From the NCBI GenBank assembly GCA_964485725.1, contig CAZALA010000003.1, positions 537 through 64,536 on the forward strand: a stretch of DNA of 64,000 bases, in the 5' to 3' direction. Both the position numbers and the translations under genes were made by a program. Below the pieces are notes generated by a model. That model made no database searches. It saw only the letters and a list, made by a program, of their open reading frames with translations, and was not told the DNA's origin. The DNA is from an uncultured Propionivibrio sp. Lineage in GTDB: Bacteria; Pseudomonadota; Gammaproteobacteria; Burkholderiales; Rhodocyclaceae. Below are positions 29,348 to 39,720 of this stretch, in pieces. Position 1 is the stretch's first letter; every line of letters begins with the position of its first letter.

Positions 29348-32300
29348 TTAATCCTTTCTGCTCGTAAAATAAAATCCCACAGGAGAAGATAGTAGGCAAA
29401 TAGCGCTTCCCCAATTTGTAGCAGGTAAGCCAGGCATCCCTCAGTAGGCAAGTCAGTTGCTTTCAGTTTTTGAAGAAAGAGTGACAACTTGTCTGGGCTA
29501 CGGGCTCCTAGTCGGCAGTGGTACGCGAGTAGAGAGATGCAGTGGGCCATTTGGCTAAAATTCTCCCGTCTCTGAGCTACTTCATCTGAAACAGCGTCGT
29601 CCGAAGGGTATGGCCATGGATTTATTTCGGGAGATTTTCCCTGCAGTCGCACATGACTTCCAATATTTAGGAAGGGCATCCGCTGCTTTATCTGACGGCA
29701 CAACCCGATTGCCTGGCCCCTGCGGATTTCGTTGCCGCCGAGGCTGCGGTCATATGCGGTCTCTAAGGAGCGCACCGCGAACTTGAGGTGTATCGGTCCC
29801 AACCAATCCCCCGGCCCAGGCTGAAAACTATCCTCACTCAGCTTGAACGATTCCTCTACGGGGTCACTGCATTGCTGAAGAGTTTCGATATATTTGTCGA
29901 GACAAAATGCATGCGGTACAGCTCCTTGGGCGATTGCGGCAAGATTTGAAAAGCCTGAGGCGGCTGCAAAGTGAATTAAGTCGGGGAATACGTTTGGATA
30001 TCCTGATTTCAGGTCAGCGATTGTTCGCAAAGCTGTTGCCAATGGGTAAGGCTGCACATTGACTTGCCGGTACTGGGGCGCCGGTAGCGCAAAAATCTCG
30101 GGCATTTCTGCGCCAATTGTTTGCTGTAGCAACCAGCTGGGGCTTGCGTCCTCGGCCGGCCGAGCGCCGACAAGCGCAACAAAAGTGGTTACTGCTTCGC
30201 TTGCACGTCCTTTCCATCGGCTCAGCAGATGCTGCCAGATATCCAATAACCACCGCACAGCAATCCATGACTCGTCGGCGTAGCAAGGGAGCATGGCGTC
30301 TTGTGCTCGCGTGAGTACAGCCAGTGAGTCTTCGTCTGACAGGGCGTCCAGAGAACTCAGTAACTTCCCAATACGAACTTCTTTCCCGTCACTGTCGCAA
30401 ATTAATCCAGCAGTAATGCTGTCCTGGCGCTCGTTTTCAAGATGGCCCCACACTCCACCAATACGAGCGTTGAATTCAAATACCCAAGCTCGCGCCTGAG
30501 AATTTTCGAGGTCCAGGTAGGCGTACGCCGCGTAGCCTCCTTCGTCGGAGGCTAGGCACATAAACTGCACACGACAGAGTGGGCATGACGCTCGAACCCC
30601 CCGATTGGCTTCAGTCTCTATCGAAAAACTCTTTCCGGAAAGAATATCGAGGCCGCTAATCCGCAATGCCTCCAACTCGCGTGGGCCGTTAAATCTCACG
30701 ACGTACTGACGTTGCGATACATGCGCGTGCATTGCCTTGACGAAATGGGGCTGAACTAATCGCAGGAGCTCTAAATCGACAACGCTTGCATCATGCCTAA
30801 ATGTAAGGACGTTCTTCCCTGAAGCCAGCCGGCTGCTCAAGAACGAGGCAGGAAGCCGCTTGGTAGGCCTTGTTGAAAAATCGACGTGTTGCGACCAATC
30901 CCCCAGGGACAAAACCCCCGAGTCGCTTGAACTGATAAGAATCTGCTTGTTCGAAGTGACGGACACGACCTCGACGCTGCCAAGGGATTTGTTGACCCGA
31001 ATAGTCCCACCTGTCGCTGGCGTACTCTCGACTTCAATGAAGATGCCAGGAACGTTCCACGCCAGAGTTTGGTGACGACGCTCATCAAGCTTGAATACCA
31101 AGCGAGTGGACCGGAGTAGCTTGTCTTTCGGCTTGATGATGTTGCCGTCGATTTCGATGTTTTCGCTTAATTGACGCTGGATATTAGTCGGCATAGCCTC
31201 GCAGACGAAGCGCATGCCCTGCTTTATGTCGGCAAGCCCAAACCAATAGAGTGTCGAACAATGAAGCAAGGACCTTGTTTCCCCTAGTCTGGAAATGTCG
31301 GCAGTTATCCGCGCAAAGCCTGGACTCCAGCCTTCTTGTTTAAGTGCGTCAGAGACCCGTATTTCCGCTCGGCCCGCCTCATCAATCGTAAAGGGTATCT
31401 GCAAAGCGTTGCCAAGGGCGGTAGCAGAAAGCCGAAACACGTAGGCCCTTCCCGAACAAGCGGCCCATTCGGGAGGAAACTCAACAGAAAGCCTCAACAC
31501 ATCAAATTGAAACTCGATGCCGTCTCTACTGGTTCGGCTTTTTCCTGACCAGCCCGCGAACGGTTGTAGGTCTCCCTGGATTACGAGTCTTGCGGGCCCG
31601 TTGGACAAGCACGTGTCTTTGCCAGGGTGGATAGCGATGCGAGCGCCGTAGAGTTCCGGGAAATCCGAAATGGGGTCTGACTCCAAATTGGAAGGCTCGA
31701 ATCTACTTAGGCAAAAGTAATTACCCGGTGGAAGAAGAAGTGGTTCTTCCTGATTGAGCTGCCCGGCCGCTCTTAGCCGCCCCGTCTCAGTGAAAATCAG
31801 GACACGGTTTGTTTTTTGGTCCTCCCAAAGACGGCAGCTTGACGCTTGGCGCCCGGAGCTGTCCCTGATGACAACCTCACGGGTTAACAAATTGCTCAGC
31901 GGGACAAATCGGCTTTCCGTGGCTGACCGATAGCACTGCACAGCCCCGTCAATTTGAAATTCGAACTCTTGCTCGTCACCGCCGGGGATAAAAACGCCGA
32001 GGATGCCATCGTTGAGAACAACAAACGGAAGGATGGCCCGACGAAACGAGATGTGCTCAGGTTCCGCATTAAACGCCCGAGCCATGGCTTTTTCGAGCTC
32101 GGTATTCCCATAGCCAGGGTTGCTCTGCAACCCCTTGTGCACTTGCAAGAAGACCCGCGTGTAGTAGGCCTCAGTGTCCAGAAGGACTGCATTCCTGGCG
32201 GTTACACTAAACGGGGGGAGCAACCTGGCATCAAGCGCTCTCTGCCAGTTGCGAATAGCTTCCGGGTCGTCTTCGTCGGGCAGCCCGATTCGTTTCGCGA

Positions 32301-32754
32301 AAGCCAACATTTTCTGGGCGAGGTCATCCGCGAAGGCCAACGGCACGCCCACTTGCCGAAGATACTCGGCTGCCATGAAGTGGGTGCCAGAAATGCGTGT
32401 AGCCGGTATGAAGCCCAAGGTTAGGATGGCTCTCCGGAACGCCCTCCAAAGCTTGTCCCGGTCGGTTTGCGTCAGAGGAACCTTGGTGCCAATAGCTCTC
32501 ATTGCATGAGGATACAGTTCGAAATGTCCCCGCTGACCCATGCCCTCCATGATGTGTGCGGTTAAATGCACCGCAAATATCGCTGGGAATCTTGACAGGA
32601 AGCTGGCGTATCCCTGAACGGTGGGATTGGCCCGTCTCACCATCTCCATTTGTTGACGGATATCGGGAGTGAAAGCTTCCCCTAACAGCCCAAGAAAGGG
32701 CGTGTCACTGCTCTTGATTGTTGTTCTTACCGCATCTTCCGCTTGCGACAACAT
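29344..32754 (-). CDS. Large hypothetical protein, putative DruF/DruH-like helicase partner
   Basis: ~1136-aa ORF translationally coupled to the helicase (4-bp overlap); helical N-terminus, beta-rich middle; start set at ATG 32754. Confidence 0.6.
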   Translation of the reverse strand: MLSQAEDAVRTTIKSSDTPFLGLLGEAFTPDIRQQMEMVRRANPTVQGYASFLSRFPAIFAVHLTAHIMEGMGQRGHFELYPHAMRAIGTKVPLTQTDRDKLWRAFRRAILTLGFIPATRISGTHFMAAEYLRQVGVPLAFADDLAQKMLAFAKRIGLPDEDDPEAIRNWQRALDARLLPPFSVTARNAVLLDTEAYYTRVFLQVHKGLQSNPGYGNTELEKAMARAFNAEPEHISFRRAILPFVVLNDGILGVFIPGGDEQEFEFQIDGAVQCYRSATESRFVPLSNLLTREVVIRDSSGRQASSCRLWEDQKTNRVLIFTETGRLRAAGQLNQEEPLLLPPGNYFCLSRFEPSNLESDPISDFPELYGARIAIHPGKDTCLSNGPARLVIQGDLQPFAGWSGKSRTSRDGIEFQFDVLRLSVEFPPEWAACSGRAYVFRLSATALGNALQIPFTIDEAGRAEIRVSDALKQEGWSPGFARITADISRLGETRSLLHCSTLYWFGLADIKQGMRFVCEAMPTNIQRQLSENIEIDGNIIKPKDKLLRSTRLVFKLDERRHQTLAWNVPGIFIEVESTPATGGTIRVNKSLGSVEVVSVTSNKQILISSSDSGVLSLGDWSQHVDFSTRPTKRLPASFLSSRLASGKNVLTFRHDASVVDLELLRLVQPHFVKAMHAHVSQRQYVVRFNGPRELEALRISGLDILSGKSFSIETEANRGVRASCPLCRVQFMCLASDEGGYAAYAYLDLENSQARAWVFEFNARIGGVWGHLENERQDSITAGLICDSDGKEVRIGKLLSSLDALSDEDSLAVLTRAQDAMLPCYADESWIAVRWLLDIWQHLLSRWKGRASEAVTTFVALVGARPAEDASPSWLLQQTIGAEMPEIFALPAPQYRQVNVQPYPLATALRTIADLKSGYPNVFPDLIHFAAASGFSNLAAIAQGAVPHAFCLDKYIETLQQCSDPVEESFKLSEDSFQPGPGDWLGPIHLKFAVRSLETAYDRSLGGNEIRRGQAIGLCRQIKQRMPFLNIGSHVRLQGKSPEINPWPYPSDDAVSDEVAQRRENFSQMAHCISLLAYHCRLGARSPDKLSLFLQKLKATDLPTEGCLAYLLQIGEALFAYYLLLWDFILRAERIK

Positions 32755-33194
32755 TTTTATGTTTTCCCTGAGCCCACGGGCCGCGCGAGGGCAGAGCTTG
32801 ACGACCCCGATGCCATGCCACCCCATATGCAAAACGGAATGACTTTACCGCCTGGCATAGGCAATGTAAACGTTGCGAGCTGAAAGGATGGCTGTTTTGC
32901 TCGATTGCCCCAATGGCTATTCATTCTGAAACGCACTTTTGTTGGATTTGTAAGGTATAGCCACGGTGTTACATGCCAGTTAGCTTTTCGTTAGCAATGC
33001 CAAAGCCGTAGAATGCGGGCTGAGGTTACGGCCGTTCAGGTTTGGAGCCAAGTTCGGCTCTGAGATATCTGATTTGCGGCGGCTTCCTGCAAGCGGACCC
33101 CGCCACACGTGATATGCCTGCCCAAACAATGCAAGAGGTATAGAATCAACCATCGGATTCTAGCGGCCTACAAGAGCGCAGCGGGGAGCATCTT

Positions 33195-34229
33195 ATGGCA
33201 TTTCTACCTGGCCTCAGAGCGCTGTTCAGCGTCGAACCTAAGACGTCTGAGGCGGAGTCGGCCAGTTCCTTCGAGATTACCATCAGCATCGAGGGCTACG
33301 ACTCGCCGCCGCGGCGTGAGCCCGTCAAGCCGCGCCGTGCTTTAGCGGAGTCCTCAAGGGACGTTCTGCTCGGTGAATTCGCCATCGTGGACGTCGAAAC
33401 AACCGGCCTGAACGCGGAGTGCGATGACATCATTGAAATCGCCGCTATCCATGTAGGCCCGGGCTTCCAACTGGTGTCGGAATTCAGGACTTTGGTCAAA
33501 ACCGATGCCTGGATACCGCACAATATCGTGGAGATGACCGGCATCACTCAGGCGGACGTCGATTCGCATGGTATCTCACTAGCAGAAGCAATGGCATTGT
33601 TCGTGGGCCATGTGGCGCAAAGACCCGTGTTTGCGCATAACGCACAGTTCGACTACGGCTTCCTCGAGCAAGCGGCCGACCAGTGTGGCGTTGCCTTCGA
33701 CAACCCGATGCACGACAGTATCCAAATTGCGCGCGAGGCTTGGCCGGGCCTGCGCTCCTACAAATTGTCGGTATTGGTCGAGCAACTCGACCTGGACTAC
33801 GCGCCAACACACCGCGCACTGGATGACGTGAAGGCCACGCTAGCCTTGTTGCGCGCGGCGCACGAAACCCTCAATGGTGAGCGGCCCCGGACGCCCCCTC
33901 CCGAGGCTTTCGCATGGCGCGCCTTTCCGCGCCATGTCGCCCGCGAAGGCAACACAGATGGCCCGCTCCACGGGGAATTTGTGGTCTTTACTGGAGAACT
34001 CTCGCTGACCCGTGAGCAGGCCGCGGACCATGCGGCACGCGCAGGCTGCACCGTCACGCCGAGCGTAACCAAGAAAACGACGCTGCTAGTGGTAGGTACT
34101 CAAGACCTGGCGACGTTGGCAGGCCATGAAAAGAGCAGCAAGCACCGAAAGGCGGAGGAATTACTGGCTAAGGGCCAGCACATCCGCATCCTAACTGAGT
34201 CAGACTTCCTCGAATTGGTGGGCGCATGA
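33195..34229 (+). CDS. DEDDh 3'-5' exonuclease (DnaQ-like) fused to BRCT domain
   Basis: DVETTG, AHNAQFD, HRALDD; BRCT VVFTG..SVTKKT.LLVVG..SSK..KA. Confidence 0.88.
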   Translation: MAFLPGLRALFSVEPKTSEAESASSFEITISIEGYDSPPRREPVKPRRALAESSRDVLLGEFAIVDVETTGLNAECDDIIEIAAIHVGPGFQLVSEFRTLVKTDAWIPHNIVEMTGITQADVDSHGISLAEAMALFVGHVAQRPVFAHNAQFDYGFLEQAADQCGVAFDNPMHDSIQIAREAWPGLRSYKLSVLVEQLDLDYAPTHRALDDVKATLALLRAAHETLNGERPRTPPPEAFAWRAFPRHVAREGNTDGPLHGEFVVFTGELSLTREQAADHAARAGCTVTPSVTKKTTLLVVGTQDLATLAGHEKSSKHRKAEELLAKGQHIRILTESDFLELVGA

Positions 34230-34471
34230 TTCCCGGCTTCGTCAAAATAGATAAACACGTGTTCTACGGCGAGGTCTGGCCGAAGATTTCAAACCAAGTG
34301 GACGCGGTGCAGAGCAACCTCCCGAAAATCAAGTTGCGCGAGGAATCCGTCCTGATAGTTCTCTGGGGTTACAAACACCCGGAGACCGGCGAAAACGTAA
34401 TCCTGGCGACCTCATCGAGCAGCGCTGACACGGGGGACGAACACTGGGTCATTCCTTCGCTGGCTTCATAA
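34226..34471 (+). CDS. Small hypothetical protein
   Basis: ATGA overlap with the exonuclease gene. Confidence 0.55.
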   Translation: MIPGFVKIDKHVFYGEVWPKISNQVDAVQSNLPKIKLREESVLIVLWGYKHPETGENVILATSSSSADTGDEHWVIPSLAS

Positions 34472-34512
34472 CCCATTTGTCCTGCCGTACAAGATAACGA
34501 GAGGAGCCCCAT

Positions 34513-34986
34513 ATGCGGTCAGAGCGAAGCGCGCTGGAAGAACTCAAACAAGAACTAGCGACTACTATCCGCACATTCAAAGTTGAGGTGGATAGCCTGA
34601 CAGACGAGGGCGTCGACATCGCGTTGGAGAGGATTTACCAACTTAAAGAAGGCTGCACCTCGGACTGGCTTGTCGCTGGAAAATTTATCGTTGCTAACAA
34701 CCTCAGCCTATTCTATAGCGAGGACAGCGACGAATGGAGCGTTTCAGATTGCGACGGCTTGCCTTGTTACCTTGGCAGCACTCCATGTATCGCGGTAGCG
34801 AAATTCATGGTAGCAAAGAAATTGCTGATGAACCCAGGGCAACAATACGTCTTGCGTATGCCATACGAATCGGCGAAAGAGCTAATTGAAAAGACTCTTC
34901 GCAATGAATTGACAATGATTATGGCTGACGGGGCGGGGGTTAAGGACACAGATACTGTCGAGCTGGTACTACTGCCTGGCCTATAG
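34513..34986 (+). CDS. Hypothetical protein with phage NinX/DUF2591-like segment
   Basis: GAGGAG RBS; TSDW..AG..I....LSL...W...G.TP.IA...MVAKK pattern. Confidence 0.5.
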   Translation: MRSERSALEELKQELATTIRTFKVEVDSLTDEGVDIALERIYQLKEGCTSDWLVAGKFIVANNLSLFYSEDSDEWSVSDCDGLPCYLGSTPCIAVAKFMVAKKLLMNPGQQYVLRMPYESAKELIEKTLRNELTMIMADGAGVKDTDTVELVLLPGL

Positions 34987-35379
34987 CCGCTCGTTTTCGG
35001 CCGGCTTTGCAACAGAATTCGCAGTATTGGCTCCTCTCAGCTCAGTCAGTGCTTTGAGAAACACCTCCAACTCCTGCAAATTGCCAAGAGCCACCCCGGG
35101 ATAACTACCCCGTTGGCCGCTCTGGGCGCGAATTCGGCCAGTTGCCGCGGACTGTTCCGAAATCCAGCGCCGCAGGGCAGACTCATCAGCGCCGAGCAAG
35201 GGTGCCAAGGCCACAGGATTTAAGCCAATTTCCACGGTGTTGCCTGGCTCGTTGCCAGAAAGATAGACGGCCACCGTCTGCTTGCCCTTCGCTTGCAAGC
35301 GGAACCCATTGGCAAGCCTGCTTTTCGACCCTAGTCCAGCAAAGGCGTTATCAATTTGGCTTTCGATGCTGGAACTCAT
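34981..35379 (-). CDS. Hypothetical protein
   Basis: 132-aa ORF with AGGAG RBS. Confidence 0.6.
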   Translation of the reverse strand: MSSSIESQIDNAFAGLGSKSRLANGFRLQAKGKQTVAVYLSGNEPGNTVEIGLNPVALAPLLGADESALRRWISEQSAATGRIRAQSGQRGSYPGVALGNLQELEVFLKALTELRGANTANSVAKPAENERL

Positions 35380-35516
35380 CTATTTCTCCTGAATTCAGGA
35401 AATTGCTTTTGTAAACTCGGCCCAGGTTCGAATGACAGCCTTGACTCGAGTCGCCTCTTGAATAGAGCCTTCATTGTCTGTTCGCAATTCAAAGACTCGA
35501 AATCAACCCGCTACCG

Positions 35517-36332
35517 TCAACCGCGATAGGCGGTCTTCATGGCATAGCAAAGGTCAAAAGCGATAAGCGGAACAGGCAGCCCGTTCTTCTGCATGTTCTC
35601 AAAGAAAGCCTGGAGCCCGGCGCCGGTAGTGAGCCAATCGCCGTGCGCTTGGAAGTTGAGTCCCTGCCATGCCAGGTAGGTCTGCAATTCTAAGTCGGCG
35701 GGGGTCTTCTTCTTCCCAACGCCGTTCGCAATCCAGAGCATCCAGGCGATGAACCCCACACCGTAAAGAGCCGCGGCGGTGTCCCCTTGGCTTCCCTGCG
35801 CAGCGCTTACGAGTGCAGCCGCAATCACGATGGGCGCAACCAGCATAAGCAAGATGCAAAACCCCCCAAACGTTAGCAGCCCCGTGGCCTTCAGCCATGC
35901 TGGCAGCAGAGGCTTGGTCGCCGCGGGCGCGTTTATCAGCAGATGCGCTAGCTCTCGCTGTCGGAGAGCGTGCGCGGCCATGCGCAAGAATGGCAACTCC
36001 CGCCCGTACTGGTGACCCAGAACCAAGCCCACGTAGTCTCTGGCGTCGAGGGCGCATTGAGGCAGGTCCGCTTGCTCGCCCCAGCCTGGCAGCTTGCTTA
36101 TGGCGGCCTCTTCTAGGCTGCCGAGCCAGTATTCGAGTCGACGTATATCGTCTCGAGGGTGGTCGTTTTCTAGGTTTAAAGGTTGGCCCCTGAGGTCATA
36201 GCGGCCCGTCTCAGTGAGCCAATCCGTAGTCTGCTTGCCGAGCGATTGCCATGAGTTGGTGATGAGTTCTCTGCCGTATTTCTCGGTTTGTGCGTCATCC
36301 GCTAGCTGTTGCTGCAGGTCATCCATTGTCAT
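35517..36332 (-). CDS. Hypothetical membrane protein (2 TM segments)
   Basis: GGAGG RBS; two hydrophobic stretches in the C-terminal half. Confidence 0.65.
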   Translation of the reverse strand: MTMDDLQQQLADDAQTEKYGRELITNSWQSLGKQTTDWLTETGRYDLRGQPLNLENDHPRDDIRRLEYWLGSLEEAAISKLPGWGEQADLPQCALDARDYVGLVLGHQYGRELPFLRMAAHALRQRELAHLLINAPAATKPLLPAWLKATGLLTFGGFCILLMLVAPIVIAAALVSAAQGSQGDTAAALYGVGFIAWMLWIANGVGKKKTPADLELQTYLAWQGLNFQAHGDWLTTGAGLQAFFENMQKNGLPVPLIAFDLCYAMKTAYRG

Positions 36333-36364
36333 TATTAGCCCCTCCCTTTAGCTTGTCAGCATAG

Positions 36365-36390
36365 CAAAAACCCCCTGCGGGATGGGGTTA
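36365..36390 (-). terminator. Probable intrinsic terminator of the CBASS operon
   Basis: Minus strand AACCCC-atcccgcag-GGGGTT followed by a T run, at the effector stop codon. Confidence 0.6.
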
Positions 36391-37530
36391 CGCCGCCAGA
36401 TTAAGCGCTCTCTTCCAGGATGCGTCTCTGTATTCCCATACGGTTACGCGGGTGAAAATCTTCGGCAGGAGAATTCGGCCTATCTCGACACTTGTCGAAA
36501 GGGACGTGACGGGAAGCAAGTCAAGCTCAGATGCGCCAGCTCGGTTCAATAAGAGCAAGAATTCGTTGAAACGTCGCTTGAAGCCCTCGAGGTTCGCCTG
36601 GCTTCCGATGAGTTCGCGTTTAGGGCTTACCGCTGAAAAACGAACCACTGTTGCGCCTGCCACTTCCGCTTCGAAATCCCGGGCAACATTACTAATATCG
36701 ACGGCAACAAAGACCTTTTTCGGCAGAGTTGCTGGAACGTCAAATACGAACCAATCATCTGCGGGTTGTTTCGATGTTTCATCTTTACGCCATAGCCAAT
36801 TCGCAGACGGCAAGTCCATCACCAGAGCGGGGCGCTTGTCTCCAAGCAATGCCCCTAGCTTCATCGCCATCGGAATCGGAGCAAACGCGGCGACGGAGAC
36901 ATGTTCGATGGGGGATGCGCCGGAAAATCTGGGTTCCAGCACGCGCTCATACCAACGGTTCAATGCACGCTCTGCCGTGAGCCAGTATTCTGGGTCGTCA
37001 TCGCGCATTTCCAAATCTAACTGGCTAAGAACTATAGCGTCATGCCGCGGGTGCACGGTGTAATCGGAGTTCTTGAGAATCGCAGCTTGAACTTGCCTCT
37101 GATTGATGCTCGGTAGGTGGGCTCCTATAGGCAACGCCATGATTATGGGCTGGCTTACTATGCCCGCCTCCGCGTTGTATATCGCGTGGACGCGTGCCTC
37201 ATGCTCTTGCTTCCAACGCAGCAGCAATGTCTCTGGATAATCTTCGACATCCTCAAGCACGTCGATTCGCTTATGACAGTCGAAACAGGTCAGCATCAAG
37301 TTGGCCTCATCTCTGGCCAGTTCTTTGGAACGCGCTGCGTCACCTCGGGCAGCCGTCGGACTATCAGACACGATGTGCGCCAGTTCTCCTACGTTGGCAT
37401 TACGTCCTGTCAGAAAGTCCACGCCGACAGGTTTGCCACAGCCCTTAAACTCACACCGTCCTGCGGCGGCAATCCAAAGCCGATTGCGTACATCAACCGG
37501 AATAGGTGTTCTCTTATGATTGGCAGTCAT
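36388..37530 (-). CDS. cap5: CBASS effector, HNH endonuclease-SAVED (Cap5-like)
   Basis: AAGRCEF.GC, GELAHI, NLMLTC..CH..ID HNH; SAVED-like FAPIP...LG and S.SVEIGR. Confidence 0.85.
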   Translation of the reverse strand: MTANHKRTPIPVDVRNRLWIAAAGRCEFKGCGKPVGVDFLTGRNANVGELAHIVSDSPTAARGDAARSKELARDEANLMLTCFDCHKRIDVLEDVEDYPETLLLRWKQEHEARVHAIYNAEAGIVSQPIIMALPIGAHLPSINQRQVQAAILKNSDYTVHPRHDAIVLSQLDLEMRDDDPEYWLTAERALNRWYERVLEPRFSGASPIEHVSVAAFAPIPMAMKLGALLGDKRPALVMDLPSANWLWRKDETSKQPADDWFVFDVPATLPKKVFVAVDISNVARDFEAEVAGATVVRFSAVSPKRELIGSQANLEGFKRRFNEFLLLLNRAGASELDLLPVTSLSTSVEIGRILLPKIFTRVTVWEYRDASWKRALNLAA

Positions 37531-37999
37531 CTATTTCTTTCAGTTTATTAATATTGCCTCGCTTGTTCCCCACCCAGCATCCCAATTCACCTGTCCCTAC
37601 GATGAGGAAGAATAAATGTGGGCCATCGAATCGGTCTCGAGAAAGAGCCCTGCCCCAGTCGTCAAGGTCAATTCCGCTTGGGCTAGGTTCGGGTTCTGGA
37701 TGTGAATGCCATAGCCCCACGTACGCGACCTTACCGCCTGATTGTTTCCAGCGGCTCTCCGCAATTGAGTTATGTGTTGATGAGCGGAAAAACAAGAATC
37801 TCTTGCGTCGGTCTGACGACTGAGGAACAGTAGCCTCATCAATCACGATGTCGGGAGACTCGAGAAGATGCCGTCCCAACAGAATGCCGCCTGCCTCGGA
37901 GCGAAAGGTGTCATCTTGAACATGCTGCGCCAATGTTGTTAGAGCACTGTCGGCAATTATCAGAAATCGGCCTGGGGCAAATGCATAGCGCTTGGTCAC
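37514..37999 (-). CDS. cap3: CBASS Cap3 JAB/Mov34 isopeptidase
   Basis: EAGGILLG, YVGLWHSHP....PSGID JAMM motif; GTGA overlap with cap2. Confidence 0.88.
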   Translation of the reverse strand: MTKRYAFAPGRFLIIADSALTTLAQHVQDDTFRSEAGGILLGRHLLESPDIVIDEATVPQSSDRRKRFLFFRSSTHNSIAESRWKQSGGKVAYVGLWHSHPEPEPSPSGIDLDDWGRALSRDRFDGPHLFFLIVGTGELGCWVGNKRGNINKLKEIDDCQS

Positions 38000-39720
38000 G
38001 GCCGTACCTCTTGCCTGCAATATCGACAAGGTACTTCGAAGATGACACGGGTGGCTGTTGCTGCATCAACGGTTCGGGCTCGCTTAAACCAAGCAGATGT
38101 TCCAAACCCTAGCGCGCTAGCCTGGGTATCGTCGCCAGCCCAATATTCATAACGCGGAGCTATTGAACCGGAAAACGACTTCAATACCGTTTCGGCTGCG
38201 AGAAGCGCCGTCTTGCGGGAGTTAATTGCCGAATAAGGGATGAATGCACCGACGCAACCACTTAAGGTCCGGCTAACCACCTGGCCCGGCGCTAGAAACG
38301 ACACTACAGGGTAAAGAGATTCTCTCCCCTCGTCGTCCCGATATAGGCATTCAAGACAGCCCTCACCAGTATTTTCGACAGCGACAACATGACCGCCGAG
38401 GCCGAGCGCCTCAAGCCAAGTAAGCACGACGCAACAACGGAGGCCAAGAGTCCGAATTTGTCGACAAAGCTCTCGCTCGCAGGCTGGGTTTCCAATGGCA
38501 AGCACAATCGTATCAACTTGCCTCGCGGCGGCTGTGCCTAGCCATTCCGAGGCGTTGCCTGCAATTGCCACTACGTCTATTCCCGGATACTTGCGTGCAA
38601 GCTCCAGCTTGAGAGCGTCAACTTTCTTAGACCCTGTAGCATCTTTCCCAAGCGCATGCCGAAAGACATTCTCAACTTCGAAATTATCGAAATCGACCAA
38701 TGTCATTTTTCCTACACCGGAAGTTGCTAGTGCGTCAGCGAGTTCCGAGCCAACTGAGCCACACCCTAGTATTGCAACGTGCTTGGCCGAAAGGCTGTTG
38801 GACGCCCCACCGCGTTCGCGCATGTATTCCGTGGTGTGCCTTCGCACGGTCAAATGACTCACCCGTCGAGTTGGGTCGAGTTGTCCTTCCCTGAAAGTAA
38901 AGGTTAAGCCAATGAGCGACCTGCCGCCGGCTGGTCGCGGTTGGGACACAAGGATGTGTCCGGGGCACTGCCCGCGGGACCGACGCTTAAGGCTTAGACT
39001 GTCCCAAAGTTGCCGCTCTTCAGGTCCGAAAGCAGACACCAATCTATCGATGAAGGTAGTATCAAGCTCCGTCGATGGGCTCGGCGGAAGAACGTTACAG
39101 TCAAGGGCGAAATACAGCGCGGTAACGGTCGGCAAGTTTGAAGTACGGAACTCCGCCGGAGGGCTGCCCTCGCGCTCAGAGTAGTACTTGCACACCTGGT
39201 TAGCTTTAGCGGAATTCTCAACGTGCGCATAAATCAATCTCGATTTCGCATCTACCTCGACAGAACTGGCTGCGACCGTACCGTGCGGAATCTCCGCAAA
39301 ATAGCCTTCAAATTCGTCTAGCAAGCGCGGGTAACCAGCTTGAGCATCAATCGCCGCGTCTTCAAGAACCCGAACCGCATCGCAAAGCACCTGCGCAAGA
39401 ACATTTGCGGGGCGTTCGACGTCGATTGACAGGCCTTGGCCATCGTCAATACAGATTTCCTGATAGTGCGCGACATGGGCAAGCAACTGCAATGGGGCTA
39501 CGAGGCGTACTACCGGTAACCGGCCCGGCACGCGAAATCTTGTGTCAACCTGAATCGTCCAGGTCGTTCCGCTCCCTCGGACGTCTATGCTCAGCCCTTT
39601 GTCGCCCAACAACGGATTCGAAACCGCGCCTGCTGGAAATCCATATGCTTGAAGCAACCCATCGAGCTGGGTTGCTATGTCCTGACAGGTGCAGCCAGAT
39701 GGCAGCACTGCAGCTATCAC
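37996..39720 (-). CDS. cap2: CBASS Cap2 E2-E1(ThiF) fusion
   Basis: N-terminal E2-like AHV...IC; ThiF ILGCGSVGS, D.D....N..RH, CLEC. Confidence 0.88.
   Translation of the reverse strand: MIAAVLPSGCTCQDIATQLDGLLQAYGFPAGAVSNPLLGDKGLSIDVRGSGTTWTIQVDTRFRVPGRLPVVRLVAPLQLLAHVAHYQEICIDDGQGLSIDVERPANVLAQVLCDAVRVLEDAAIDAQAGYPRLLDEFEGYFAEIPHGTVAASSVEVDAKSRLIYAHVENSAKANQVCKYYSEREGSPPAEFRTSNLPTVTALYFALDCNVLPPSPSTELDTTFIDRLVSAFGPEERQLWDSLSLKRRSRGQCPGHILVSQPRPAGGRSLIGLTFTFREGQLDPTRRVSHLTVRRHTTEYMRERGGASNSLSAKHVAILGCGSVGSELADALATSGVGKMTLVDFDNFEVENVFRHALGKDATGSKKVDALKLELARKYPGIDVVAIAGNASEWLGTAAARQVDTIVLAIGNPACERELCRQIRTLGLRCCVVLTWLEALGLGGHVVAVENTGEGCLECLYRDDEGRESLYPVVSFLAPGQVVSRTLSGCVGAFIPYSAINSRKTALLAAETVLKSFSGSIAPRYEYWAGDDTQASALGFGTSAWFKRARTVDAATATRVIFEVPCRYCRQEVRP

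Noticed and set aside
23414-32754. DISARM, BREX or Dpd assignment for the helicase operon
   Set aside because: No methylase, PglZ, stand-alone DrmB/DrmC or Dpd genes; DUF1998 is fused to the helicase as in DruE-like proteins.
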